DNA from: Ramazzottius varieornatus
Taxonomy: Eukaryota; Animalia; Tardigrada
Length of the DNA: 64,000 nucleotides
Assembly (NCBI GenBank): GCA_001949185.1
Contig: BDGG01000004.1
Location: 831,620-895,619 of the forward strand
Direction: 5' to 3'
Part shown: piece after piece, positions 1 to 12,044 of the stretch
How the letters are laid out: each line of letters opens with the position of its first letter
How positions within the stretch are numbered: position 1 is the first letter of the stretch
The notes under the pieces: generated by a model
The model's database searches: none
What the model was told of the DNA's origin: nothing
Seen by the model: only the letters and a program-made list of their open reading frames with translations
Position numbers and translations under genes: made by a program

Positions 1-1130
1 CCTGGTGCCGCGCCACAGTTCGGTATGCAGAATGGACCGGGCAACACTTTCAGTATGGGCACGTTTCCCGGAGCATTTCAAGGTGCGCCAGCGTATTTTG
101 CTGATCCTTTGGCCAACGTGGCCGTCGCATATGGACAATCTCTGGCCGGCCAGGGCAAAGAAATCGTTAACCAAAACGTAAGCGTTTGAAGAGCTTCATT
201 CATCACATTAAAGTTATCTGTAACCTTATGTATGCTTTCTTGCAGCTAGAGAAATGGTTTTCGGTGTCGACATTAAAGTTTTACTTTGCCGTGGACACAA
301 AGTACGTCGCCCGGAAGTTGATGGTACTCTTCCTTCCTTTTGTCATTCGGGACTGGTCCATCCGTTTTCCACCTAGTCAGTGCGTAGCACCACGAGAAGA
401 GCCTAATGCGCCTGATCTGTATGTGCCATCCATGGCGTTCGTTACGTACATCTTGGCAAGCGGGGTCTTGCTAGGTCTCTCAAATAAGTAAGTGTCCCTT
501 TCGCATGTTCTCGAATAATGGCTTGTCGAAAAGCGATTTTTTCTCCAGGTTCACACCGGAACACCTTGGAGCACAAGCCAGCGAGAATCTAGCTTGGCTG
601 ATCGTGGAGATTCTCGCTGTACTCATAACATTTTACATAACGAACATCTCGTCGAACCTACGGTTTCTCCATCTTCTCGCTTTCACGGGTTACAAATACG
701 CAGGGTAGGTCTGATGGATGTTTTTTCGGACGACGTGCCGATATTTTTAATACCGCGTTGTGGCGCATCTTTTGCCGATTTTTCCAGGATGGTTCTATGC
801 GTGGTAGCTACCATGTTTATGGGTCGGTGGGGGTATCGGATGGCCATGCTTTACGCTTCGCTTTCAATCGTATGGTTTTTTGTAAGTCGAGTTCTTTTTT
901 ATTTCTTGGTCTGGATAGTCATGACTGGTTCCTTTTGCTTGTAGTTGCGCTCACTCAAAGTTTACATTCTACCGGAAGTGACTCAGGCGGACAACGGAGA
1001 TAGTGGAGGATACAAAAGACGGCTTTGGGCCTTGCTGTTCATAACAGCTCTCCAGCCTGTTATGATGTGGTTGATAACAAGGCATATCCCGTCCTACTCA
1101 GATTTACCCGTTCTGAACACGACAACCTAG
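1..1130 (+). CDS. YIF1: YIF1 (Yip1-interacting factor) ER-Golgi membrane protein, multi-exon, 5' end outside window
   Basis: Motifs LKFYFAVDTKYVARKL, APDLYVPSMAFVTYIL, LLAFTGYKY and FF|LRSLK spread over exons separated by short GT-AG introns; TAG at 1128-1130. Confidence 0.9.
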
Positions 1131-1748
1131 TCTCCTGTCGGCGCTTTATCCTTTCATCAAGAACCTTTTATAGACCTGTATGTAAACTTGTACGTACGAC
1201 GACTGTCCATAGTTATACGTACCTGACATGTCACAACTATTTATATTTCACGACTGCATTGCTCACTTTGTCTCGTTGTCGCCCCTTTTTTTGTGCGCCT
1301 CTTGTTTTTCTCGTCGTGCGTACACTCCATGCAAAGTTCTCGGTTTCCGTCTGGACAAAAATGTACATGCACTGTAGTTCGAGTGAATGGCGTATTCTTT
1401 CCTCAGCTTGAAAACTGAACAAGCAAATAAAACGACAAGTTCATGGACGAATTCTGTTGTTTCTGAATGCTCTATTACGTTATAGGGACTTTGCACGGAT
1501 AGAAATTAGATAAGCAAAGCAAACACCGTACGTAATTTTCCACAGAGCAGAACGGCCAGGTTCTCCCAGAAGCTAGCAAGTACAGCACTGCACTGCGTAA
1601 AGAGCCACTATACTGCTCCCCACAAAGCTTCTTGTCAGAGGGTTCCGAAGAACGTTGAAACAACCATTTTAAGGTTAGTTAACACAGACACGTAAGTCGT
1701 TCGCACGTCAAAAGGATCATGAATATGAACAACAATACTACGTGGTGT

Positions 1749-2421
1749 TCACTGCGGCGCGGGTGCGCCAAAACCAAACATGCCCCCACCACCACTATTT
1801 CCTTCGGTCTGAAATAACCTTGGATCTCTTTGCTGTTCTTCGAGTGGCGATATGGGCTTGAACTGTTCTGAAGATATCCGTGAGAAAAGAATACCGACAC
1901 CCTCAATCATGGCTAGAAGAACCCCACCGATAACGGCAGATCCTACCATGGCCGGAACACCTTGTCGGACGGCGAGGATGGCACCCGTCAAAGCCCCAGA
2001 GCTAATACTGTTCCAAGGGTCTTCTTTCTTCCGGATTGCTACTAAGGAACAATCGATGGTCGAGAAGAGTCCACCTGAGGAAAACAACAATGCACTCACA
2101 ACTCACAAGCGCGTAAGCAGACATTACATCGATGACATAACATTATGACATACATGATCAACATTGCAATCAAGGGAATACAGTACATCGAATTACACAA
2201 GGTTTCCACTCACCCCAAACGGCAAAATTTCCCCCGATGATAGGAGCTCGTTGTTGGATGGCGCTGAGACTTCCAGCAAGTCGCTGTGTGATACCAGAAG
2301 GAGCGTTTCGGAAGCCTTTGATGCTCTGAAAGACAGATCCACCAATCGCGCCCATGGTGAAGGCGCCGCCGCAGTCGTCGACTATCCGCCATGGACAAGG
2401 CTCTCTGGCGTACTCTTCCAT
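1749..2421 (-). CDS. TIMM17: Mitochondrial inner membrane translocase subunit Tim17, 2 coding exons
   Basis: [24 protein letters not shown]...GGNFAVWG|GLFSTIDC...[17 protein letters not shown]; intron about 2075-2213. Confidence 0.97.
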
Positions 2422-3100
2422 CTAGGAAAATCTGAAAAAAGAGCATGCATAATCCCGTTATTCTGTTCCACGAGCCTTCATAGGGTACAGTGACCACTCC
2501 TTACCTAGAAAGAACTGAGCAGAAAAAATGACGCAATCAGATGACCGCTTCGCGTCCGTTTCCAGCGAGTTCTTGGGGAGATCTAAGTGCAAGAGTGGTC
2601 CCTGAGCGAAATACCCTCCAACGATGATCCGATCAACCTCGAAAATCAAAGGCCAGATGTGAACCTCCGCAGGATGCAGGAAATTTTTGAAGAAAAACAG
2701 GAAGCAGAAAAATCCAGATTTCAGCTACAGTTATGCCGCTCCGACCCGTGGATATAAGTCACCTACTCACATTTTCTGAGTTGTTGATCGTACTGTGATG
2801 ACCGTAAAACGCAAAGCGTCGCTCCGTTGGAAATTGTCCGTTCCGTTGGCACTGCTAAGATGGTGCTTCCCCCTCTGGTGCTTCTGATGTCTATTTGATT
2901 TTGATTCAGGCAGCCGTGGCCACGGGAAGTTCGTCAACTTCGTCTTCTCAAAATGACTTTCCCGAAGTCGGTATCGAACTTCTCTGTGAGTCTGTAACTT
3001 CGGTACACTGTTCGATCTGAAGCTTCTCGCCGGGACAAGAATTTAGATGCTGGACCATCGGGAGCAGTAGTAATCTTGCAGCGGGGTGAACGCAGGGGCT

Positions 3101-6100
3101 ATGGCGGACGCTGTTCCACATCCTCTCCTGACTCTTACCGTACGTGCAACTGGTCGTTCTGTCCCATTCTGCTCCGTATGTGCATGTCTGTGGACGTTCC
3201 TGATGAAAGCAAGCATGCTCCTACGATGTACCCTACCGTGTCTTGCAGGAGCTGATTGAGCAGAAGGCGAAACCGAGCGGCTCGACTACTTCACTGTCGT
3301 CTTTGACGCCTGAGGAAATCCGCCATATAGAGCAATCCGTATCCGAATATTTCATTCCCTTCTTTCCTGCTCACCAAAGTGACGACGTCAGAGAAACGTT
3401 CAAGGTCTATCTTGAAACAGCCATCAGGACTGTGTTCTGGAATCACCTGGTAAGGACTAAGAAAGCACAGTGTGACGCCGTAAGTATCAGCAGTAATTCG
3501 ATCAATTGGCGCAGCTGTTGCTTCCGTATTTTCCACGTGGCTCCGCCGTTGTTTCACAAGGTGTACAGTGTCACTGATCTTCATGTCCTAAACGAGCGAG
3601 AACTTCATGGTTTAGTTTCAGAAAAATCCGGCACTCGTCAAGTTTCGGGAAGTGGAATGGCTCATTCGGTTTTGTATCGAGTGTGCGGAGAAAGAGATCG
3701 TGGAAGTAGCTTTACCTTACGTTCTATTCCAAGAAGGCTGTGACTGGGGCGATAACACCGAGAAAGAGCAGATCGCGAACTTGTTCGTGGACCTGAAAGA
3801 TAAGTGGAAGTCACCAAAGTTTTCGGCCGCGGGGCGAAACATTCTCTTGCGGTTCACCACTGGTAAGGATATTCTGCGTACAGGTTACTATTAGTAGCTG
3901 TAGTTGGTTCATTTGGAGTTTTTGTGTAGAGTTGCTGTCTCGCCTACCTAAGATCAACTCAACTTCTGCCAAAGCCCGTGGCCGCCTGCTTTGCTACGTT
4001 AGTGCTCGTTTTCCCATGTGGGATAAAGGCGCGGCCAACATGTTCGGTGAAATCAACGGTGGAACAACCATCACCACAACCGGTGCGACCAACGGACTCG
4101 CAACTAACCAGCACCCTAACGAGAAGTTCGCGCAGCTCTGCAACCTCTTCGACATGCTCAGAAATCCGACTCTCATCATTGCTAAACCTTCAAGCTTCAC
4201 AACTTTCAGAACAGTAAGTCGGAGACCGGCAAACAAACTCAACCAGATCCTTTTTTCAAGTGGCGCGCGCTTCTCACCAGTAATAATAAAAACATGCGCC
4301 ACTTGACATAACGATCTTGCGCTGACCTACCAAGGAAATCGACTATATTCCACTGCCTATCACGAGTGAAACAAGACTCATTTCATCTAAAATTCTTCGA
4401 TAGGCCTTTGAGCAGACGATAGAAATAATGACACCGCCCGATATGCGCGATGTCGAGCATGAAGAAGGCGAGCATGTCGATGACGGAAACCGCCTGGGTA
4501 TCCTGACATCTCCTACCACCAACAGTCCTACCCAGTCCTCACAATTCTCTTCTAGAGAAGACCAGAAGCTGCGGAATAGCAAGTTTATCGCGGATGATAA
4601 GACACTGGAACATGATCTTAGGCAAGACGACGTCAAACGTAACCTGCTCTGCCGCTTCCTGATCGTCGCCCAGTATATCGCACTGCCTTCGAAACCCAAA
4701 GGGTATGTTTTTTCCCGCCTACATGCAGTACTCCTTTCCATAGTCCTAACCTGCAGGATGATGTTGAAACAGTTTTTCTCTTTCGCAGGGCATTCGAAGC
4801 TTCAGACGAGCAGCTTCAGTGGTGTGACCGAATGGTCCAAACATCGTTGGCCATTTTGTCGAGGACCCAACCGAATGGGCCGCTGTATGTCGAAAGACTA
4901 ATTGTAAGGTAGTTCTACGCAAAACGACCTATGAGAAACTTGGCTTGATCTGTTAAAGTTGCTCGCGGAACATCAATTTTTCAGGATCTTTTGGAAAGTG
5001 AAGCGCAGATGTCGATATGGAAAGACACAGGTTGTCCTCCCTTACCGACACTCCCCAGCGTCGATCTCTCGGAACTCCCGACTAGTCCTGCCACCAACCA
5101 GGTTCCTTATCCACGCGTCACACGTTTCGTCCAGGGGAAAGAACGTTCGATAATACGGCGGTCAATCAAGGAAAGCCAGCTGTGGGGCGTCAACAAGACG
5201 GCCGGAAGTGTGGAAGTAACCCGGCTGCTGAGTAAAGGACCCAACACCCCCGAAGAGTTCCAGACACTCGGATACCAGCCACCCACCCTCGACTACTTTA
5301 TACCTGTCGTCGAACAAGCCGCTGGGCCCAAAGATGATAAGTAAGAGTGTTTCTCAACAAAATTTGGCTCTACCGGAAAAAAGAATCCCGTGTTATGGTG
5401 ACGATAATTTGGAGCTGAACAATAAAACTCCACAAGGCCGGTTTTTCCTAGTGGCGCACGAGTGTAGCCACTGATACCGGAATTGTGCGCCACTTGGGTA
5501 AACGATCTTGTGGAGTTTGTTTTCCGATTGTAAAGATGTCCTGACTCTAGACCGGATTTTTTTCCCCCAGGGATATTCATGATGAGAAGTACCAGTGGCG
5601 AGCTCTGCGAATTCTGGGAAAGCGTACCCACGTCCACTTCTCCAGCGAAACAGAGAAGAAAGAAACGAAAAACATTGGAGCCTTCCTGGAGAGGTATGTC
5701 CTCGACCTGGCTGACAAGATCCCCGTCCTGCAAGAAGCCAAGCGTAAGCATGCTGAGCAGCTGGCAGCCAGGGCCGCCGAGGCAGCAGCGGCGTCTACAG
5801 GTCCTGAAGCTCCGGATGGTGGTGATGAAGGCGACATCAACGTCGATGCTGAGCTGATCGATCCCGATGGAGACGTCGAGATGAGTGGACCAGCGACAGA
5901 AAGTACCGGTGATGCTGTAGGTACTTCGCCGGGAGACGGAAGTGGTGGAACCGGAACTGGACCCAGGCCGTTATTCACCAAGGCAAATACTATACGGATA
6001 TTCAAATAAATAATATGGGAGGCTGACAAACGAAAAGTACAAGGTTTTAATCTCAAGTGGGGCATGCCACAAGCCATCAACAGTGGAAACTTGCGCCAGT

Positions 6101-6421
6101 TGGAAAAAAACCTCGTACATTTCGTTCGTCGATCTCTCATGTTTATTCTTGATTACTTTCGGAACTTTTCTTACGTTGGCTTGTTTTCAGGAGCACATAA
6201 GGAACATTGCCAGTCAGATCGCGAACGACTGGGAACGCTTTGCAGCAATCTTGAAGTTCGATGCAGACAGGATCGAGTACTGGAAGAGCGTCCATACTGA
6301 ACCTGTGGAACAGGCAGTCCAGATGTTGCAGGTCTGGATGGAAGATGTGGCGGACTCCGGGAAGGATACGAATGACGAACTAGAAACCTTCCTGGGTGCT
6401 CTTAAGGACTATGATTTGTGA
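3101..6421 (+). CDS. THOC1: THO complex subunit 1 with C-terminal death domain, multi-exon
   Basis: GRNILLR, LLSRL...GRLL and QWRALRILGKR motifs; final exon IASQIANDWERFAAILKF...VEQAVQMLQVW is death-domain-like; start at ATG 3101 inferred. Confidence 0.82.
4257..4305. repeat. 49-bp arm-N27-arm element (THOC1 intron)
   Basis: CAAGTGGCGCG-27 nt-TGCGCCACTTG. Confidence 0.9.
5448..5496. repeat. 49-bp arm-N27-arm element (THOC1 intron)
   Basis: CTAGTGGCGCA-27 nt-TGCGCCACTTG. Confidence 0.9.
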
Positions 6422-6845
6422 TTTATTCAGCTGTTTTTCAAATAGCTGGTTGTTGTTTCAGTTTGTTTTAGCTTGTAGTTCAGGCCGCAGACTAGCTAGT
6501 GTAGCACTCGAATTCTCTTTTCCAAACAATTACTCGGAAACAGGCTGAACATAGGTAACTAGGACTTATTACATTCGTTCGTCTGTTACGAGATAATCAC
6601 AGTGCAGTCCTCGACTCCTGGCACATGGTACTTGCATGGTGGTAAATATTGCTCACGCGGTTTGTTGTGCGAACTGCCGCGAGCGAATGGAGCTGTGCTT
6701 CACAATTGGTAGTCAACCGGCGAATGTTACTCAGTACGTTGGTATGGGAAAATGACAAACAGACTTTGACTGCATCGTTCAACTGCAAAGAATGATTTCG
6801 AAAACGAAGTCTTTGGAAATAATTGTTGTAGACATGTGGATAAGA

Positions 6846-7791
6846 ATGAAAGCCTGGAGACCCGAGTTTGGCACAGCCGCGCCTCGCAATATTGCTCACC
6901 TGCTTAGGGATACTGTTCGTTAGCTGGTACGCGAATCTGCTCGGCGATTTCCCTCATCTGAGACAAAGCGCGGGTATCTTCCCGATCATTAGCGCATCGC
7001 GCATCGCGTCGAACCCCGTCCGAGAAGAAAATATGGATGAGCTGATCCTGCACTACGTCCGATTGTACGTAAACCAGACTTTCGAAGTACCTCTTGAGTT
7101 CCTCCACTGCCTGGGCGTCTATTCCGCCGTCATCAATCTCAAGCCAACCGTCATCTACCTGCATACCACACGCTCCACACCCTTTCCGTTCGAAAACTGT
7201 GACAAGCTCCTGAATGTGACCATCGACTGGCCACCCATAAAAACGTTCATCGTTGCTCTCCAGCCTACTATGAACGGGCAATATGTTCGACAAATTTCTC
7301 ACGAAGCCGACATACGTAAACTCAAGGCCGTGGAAGAATATGGCGGTATTGTGCTGGACTTTGATGTCTTGATCATCAATGGCTCCTCACTACGATATTC
7401 GTTACGGTCATCTGAATGCCTCATATGTTATGAAGACCAATACTTTCTGGAAATACTGGTCAACGGAGGTTTTCTGGGCTGCCACAAGAAGCATGCAAGG
7501 TTTCCGCAGCTTGTTCTCGAGGAATCGTACGAGAAGGACTATGCTACTGGTACCGACTGGCTCTACAATAGCGGGGTTGTGCCGTGGGAGCTTCTCCAAA
7601 GGCACAACGATACCGCCACTGTTTTGGATGGTCCTTGCAACCATGGAGCCGGAAACTGGAGCCAGGGCTACGGAAGTGACCACTCCTATACTCATAACGA
7701 TTTGGCAACTAGAGAGCAAGTTTTGACGTGGCAGAATGCATTGGGTGAAATTGCTCGATGGCTGCTGGCGAGCTCTTCGAATCTACCATAG
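6846..7791 (+). CDS. GT32 (DxD) alpha-1,4-glycosyltransferase-like, copy 1, intronless; ATG is out of frame with the main ORF (possible pseudogene or N-truncated form)
   Basis: HEADIRKLKAVEEYGGIVLDFDVL motif; N-terminal TM helix; ATG 6846 (MKAWRP) is 22 nt upstream of the ORF start at 6868. Confidence 0.8.
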
Positions 7792-7959
7792 CGAGCAATT
7801 TAAACTCCCGATTACGATGCTATGCCGTGAATATGGACAAAAGTTCGAACGCACAAGAGCCAAAGAAATTTATCTTAAAGTCACGCCGGTCCGTAGGATC
7901 GAAATGGCATCCACCGTGTATCACCGCGTAAAGTGCGCGATCGTAAACCTAATTATATA

Positions 7960-8165
7960 AACTGGCGACTTCATGTAGATAACCAACACGGATCTTTCTT
8001 TGGTGAAGACCAGTGTAGCCATGTCTTAAAAACCATAATTAAGTCGCTCTATAGTACTGCAGAATAATGTAGAGGTACGTACAACTCGAAGATCTCGAAA
8101 TTCGACAGATCGTTAGACATGGAAAAATAGAAACACAGCTTATAAGCTCTTCCGATGGGGTGGTG
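7960..8165 (-). pseudogene. Decayed duplicate of the 3' end of the neighbouring F-box/WD40 gene
   Basis: ctggcgacttcatgtagataaccaacacggatctttctttggtgaa (7963) aligns with ctggcgagttcatggcgatagctaacgcaggtctttcttcggtgaa (9525); the offset of about 1.56 kb matches the offset between the GT32 stop codons. Confidence 0.7.
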
Positions 8166-8367
8166 CCAATTTCATCCATGCCTTTTGTTCTCCCGACTGG
8201 TGCTATCCAAGTGCGCCTCGCTTCAGTAATCAACCGGTAAATTCATATTCAGAGCGCCAGGTACGATGCAATGGTACGCGCATTCGTATACACATAGTAT
8301 CGGACGACATTCGCAACGTGCGTTGAACGGCGGAGTTTTTCGCTTCCCAAGAAAATACTTTGTCACA

Positions 8368-9345
8368 ATGATTGGCTGGAGACCCCAGACTTGGAAACTA
8401 GCGATCACAATGTGCTTTGCATCCTCCGGTGTACTTCTCGTCACCTGGTATTCCGAGCTTCTACATCTGGTTGACATCGAATTCTCGAACCTGAGACGGA
8501 GTGGAGCTATCTTCCCGCTGTTTATCAAAGAAGAGATTGCGTCGAACTTCGCGGAAGGTGATAACGAGGAAGAACTGATCCTGCATTATGTCCGATTGTA
8601 CGCAAGCTGGAAGACAAAAACACCGCTCGGGTTCCTTGATTGTTTAGGGTTGTACTCTGCCATCATCAACCTTCAGCCATCCGTCATCTACCTGCATACC
8701 ACGAACCCCACACCCTTCTTGTTCTTAAATTGCGAAAAGCTTCTCGACGTGACCATAAAGTGGCCGCCCATAAAAACCCTCGTTGTAACTCTGCACTATG
8801 TTATGAATGGGCAGTACATTCGCGAGATAGCTCACGAAGCCGACATCTATAAACTCAAAGCTGTGGAAGAATACGGCGGCATTGTGCTAGACTTTGACGT
8901 GTTGGTCATCAATGGTTCTTCGCTACGAAACTCATTACGATCGTCGGAGTGCGTCATATGTTATGAGGATCAGTACGGTCCATTGATAGCTAACGGAGGC
9001 TTGCTGGGCTGTCGGGAGGAGCATGCAAGGTTCCCGCAACTGGTCTTGGAGGAATCGTACAAGAAAAACTATCACGCTGGAGACTGGCTGTACAATAGTG
9101 CGATTCTTCCGTGGGATATTTTCCAAAGGCATAACGACACCGCCACAGTGTTAGACGGTCCTTGTAATCACGCCAACGGAAACTGGAGCGGGAATTACGG
9201 AACTGACAACTGGACCAGCTTGCCGGCTTACCACTCTTATATCCACGATGCTCAGGCTAGAAGAGAAAAAGTATTGAAATGGGACAGTCCTGTGGGCGAA
9301 GTTGCTCGCTGGCTCTTACCGGGATCTTTCAATTTATCAGGGTAG
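8368..9345 (+). CDS. GT32 (DxD) alpha-1,4-glycosyltransferase-like, copy 2, intronless type II membrane protein
   Basis: MIGWRPQTWKLAITMCFASSGVLLVTWY TM anchor; HEADIYKLKAVEEYGGIVLDFDVL; colinear paralog of copy 1; an in-frame ATG at 8266 is also possible. Confidence 0.87.
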   Translation: MIGWRPQTWKLAITMCFASSGVLLVTWYSELLHLVDIEFSNLRRSGAIFPLFIKEEIASNFAEGDNEEELILHYVRLYASWKTKTPLGFLDCLGLYSAIINLQPSVIYLHTTNPTPFLFLNCEKLLDVTIKWPPIKTLVVTLHYVMNGQYIREIAHEADIYKLKAVEEYGGIVLDFDVLVINGSSLRNSLRSSECVICYEDQYGPLIANGGLLGCREEHARFPQLVLEESYKKNYHAGDWLYNSAILPWDIFQRHNDTATVLDGPCNHANGNWSGNYGTDNWTSLPAYHSYIHDAQARREKVLKWDSPVGEVARWLLPGSFNLSG

Positions 9346-9492
9346 GAATAATCGTATCCAAATGTAAGGTAACATCATTTGGTATCCCCAAGTCTCAAAC
9401 GCACCATAGAGGAACTACTGTACACAGTATATTCTAAACACATCATTCCAGATAAAGTAGTGTTCAGACTATTGCTGGACGATTATACCTCA

Positions 9493-11568
9493 TCAAAGCG
9501 CGAACTGCCACTTGTGGACCTGAGCTGGCGAGTTCATGGCGATAGCTAACGCAGGTCTTTCTTCGGTGAACGCGAGTATTGGCATGCCTAGGAATTAAAC
9601 ATGAAGACCGTTAGTACTGCCACTCCGAAGTACTTTCGTAATTTATCATGGGGATAATGCAGCAGATGGTAAAATTATACCAACGCCTACCTCCCTCGAT
9701 GGAGTGGATTTGTTGTTGCCAGACCAATTGCGGTTCGTCTCCGGCAACTTCGTGGACCGTTAAGCGGTGATGAAGAGGTCCCTGTCCTGCACGTCCAGCT
9801 CGTGACAGGACCAACAAGTGGCCTTCAGCGTACCGAAGACCCACAATGTGCGACGTGTGGCCCAGGGATGTCGTAAAGTCACGCTCAACTTCGAGTGACT
9901 TTGAGTTGAACTGAACCACCGTTCCGTTCTCAGCGCCCAACCAGTACGACCCATCCCCGGAAAGCCAGGTGACGGCTTCGTGGCGGTTCCAGTTTCCCCA
10001 ATGACCACCGGGTTCCGGCTTGACAACGTTCGGAACCTGTACGAGGAGAGAACGTGATCGATGAAATTCAAAAAAACTTACCTGGTGAAACTTACAGTGT
10101 TTTCGGCAACAAAGGCACAAGCTCGAATGTCGAAGAGCCGAATAAGGCGATGGTCGTCTTTCCAACCGGCTGCGATGACGTAGTTACCGGAAAGTTGCAC
10201 GTCAATGCCGTTGCTTGCGCCGACGTCGGCGTAACCAACGGCATCAAAGCTGTAGTTTTCTTCCGAGATTCTGCGACGAGGATCGCGGATATCGAAAAGT
10301 TCAACCTACAGAAAAGAATACCTCCAGCGGAAGTCGACTAGGAAGGGTGGAATGAGACTTTACTATCACATACCGTGCCCTTATTGGTGCCGATCGCGAT
10401 CAAATCTTCGTACCAGGAATGACTCAGAACATGGTCGGAAGCCCTAAAACATACAAAACCTGAAAGCGAATTCATAGTATAACAAAGTTTGAACTTTTGT
10501 CAGCCACGATATGCGAACCTTATTTTGGTCTGGGGACCTTGCGGGGAAAACAGGTCCGTAATTATGACATTTTGGTCTGATCCACCGGTACTGACTAAGT
10601 TCTTCTGTGACTTCATCGAATGAATAACCGCATCGTCCTACGGGTTGGATTACTTGTATAATAAAATCTCTGTGATTTTGTTCAGGTTCCTGAAACTACC
10701 GGGTACCTCGTGAACATGCTCTATCCGTCTCGGAGTGTTCAGTGTGGAGAACCGACTTCGATGCGACCGTGAGGCTACCTCATAATCGTCGTTCAGGTCC
10801 CATATTAGTAGAGACTGGTAGCATGAGTCGGCAGCTACCAGACAATTACCTGAAAAGAGATCGACTTGTAGGTATGCAAGATGGGAATGCGAGGGTCAAC
10901 TAAATTAGGGCCGCAGAACTTCCGTGTCATAAGTTGTGACATGTTATACAACGATTACTGTACATCATGCACTACCAGCCAGGATCGGTTGATTGTGAAT
11001 GACCTACTAAATCCGTTATCGCAGAACGTCGCGCAGGAGATGTCCACTTCGCCGACTTCCTCTTCGTCGAACCCCACTTCCTCTCCTTCGTTGTAATACT
11101 GTTGATTCTCATGTCTCCACAAAGTTTTGTGGAGTTTACTGAGGTGTGTAAGTGAGCGTATATTGCGTGTAGGAACGTCTTGAGAAGGACAGTCAGCATC
11201 TTTGAAGAATCGCCGTAGTCGTTCCGCGCGACAACAATGTTTCCTCCAGAAACATGGGTCTTTCTTCGATTCTCTATCCCGTTGTTGCTCTTCTAAAGTA
11301 AGGTTGAGCAGTCCATAGATGAAACGCAAGCATGGAAGAGTATTCTAGTGCTGGCGCACTGAATGCGTGATTCATAGATGAAATGATTACCTCTCGAGCA
11401 AGCACTGTGAAACGCTGGCCACTTCTGCTGCAGCCGATCCTTCCAGTACTCCTCCTCACCAAAAACATTGCAAAAGTATTTGTTGGTTCTGCGGAGAGCA
11501 AAGTTTATGTCCTCCACTCTAATCCGCATGCTCAAGGCCACCAAGACATCGTACGGGAGGTTGTCCAT
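9493..11568 (-). CDS. F-box/WD40-repeat protein (FBXW9-like), multi-exon
   Basis: F-box MDNLPYDVLVAL...RRTNKYF...EYWKDRL; WD-like exons (LVSTGGSDQNVII, WLGAENGTVVQFN, GHTSHIVGL); stop inferred at 9493. Confidence 0.7.
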
Positions 11569-12044
11569 GACATGAACAACGCACGCAAACAAAATTCACT
11601 TTGCGTCGCACGATTTGCTAAAACCAAGCTAGCATCAATCCATAAATTCTTCGAAAGTTCCACCTCGAGGAAAAATCTATAAAGCATCACCCAGCACAAA
11701 AGCGAAGAAGACAGTCGTAAATTTTAAGAAAGTCAGACAAAAATGCCACTTGTGGGATTCACTATGACATCACTGTATGTCATGCAGGACATGCCTTTGG
11801 CGTGAAAAGCTGGACGGTTGTCGGACGAACAACCTGAACACAAAAATCCACTCACACTTTTACAACAGAACAAACCAACTCAGAGTTTTAGGAAAGAAAC
11901 CAACGATTTCTTGAAACGAAGATGGGCCGCAGCAGCGAACTATTAGTCGAGCTCGAGACCTGTAATTTTATAAAACGGATAGGATAAAATCTACAGAGAA
12001 CTCAAAGAACGGAAATTAAATCCGAAGTAGAAACTTACCTTGGC

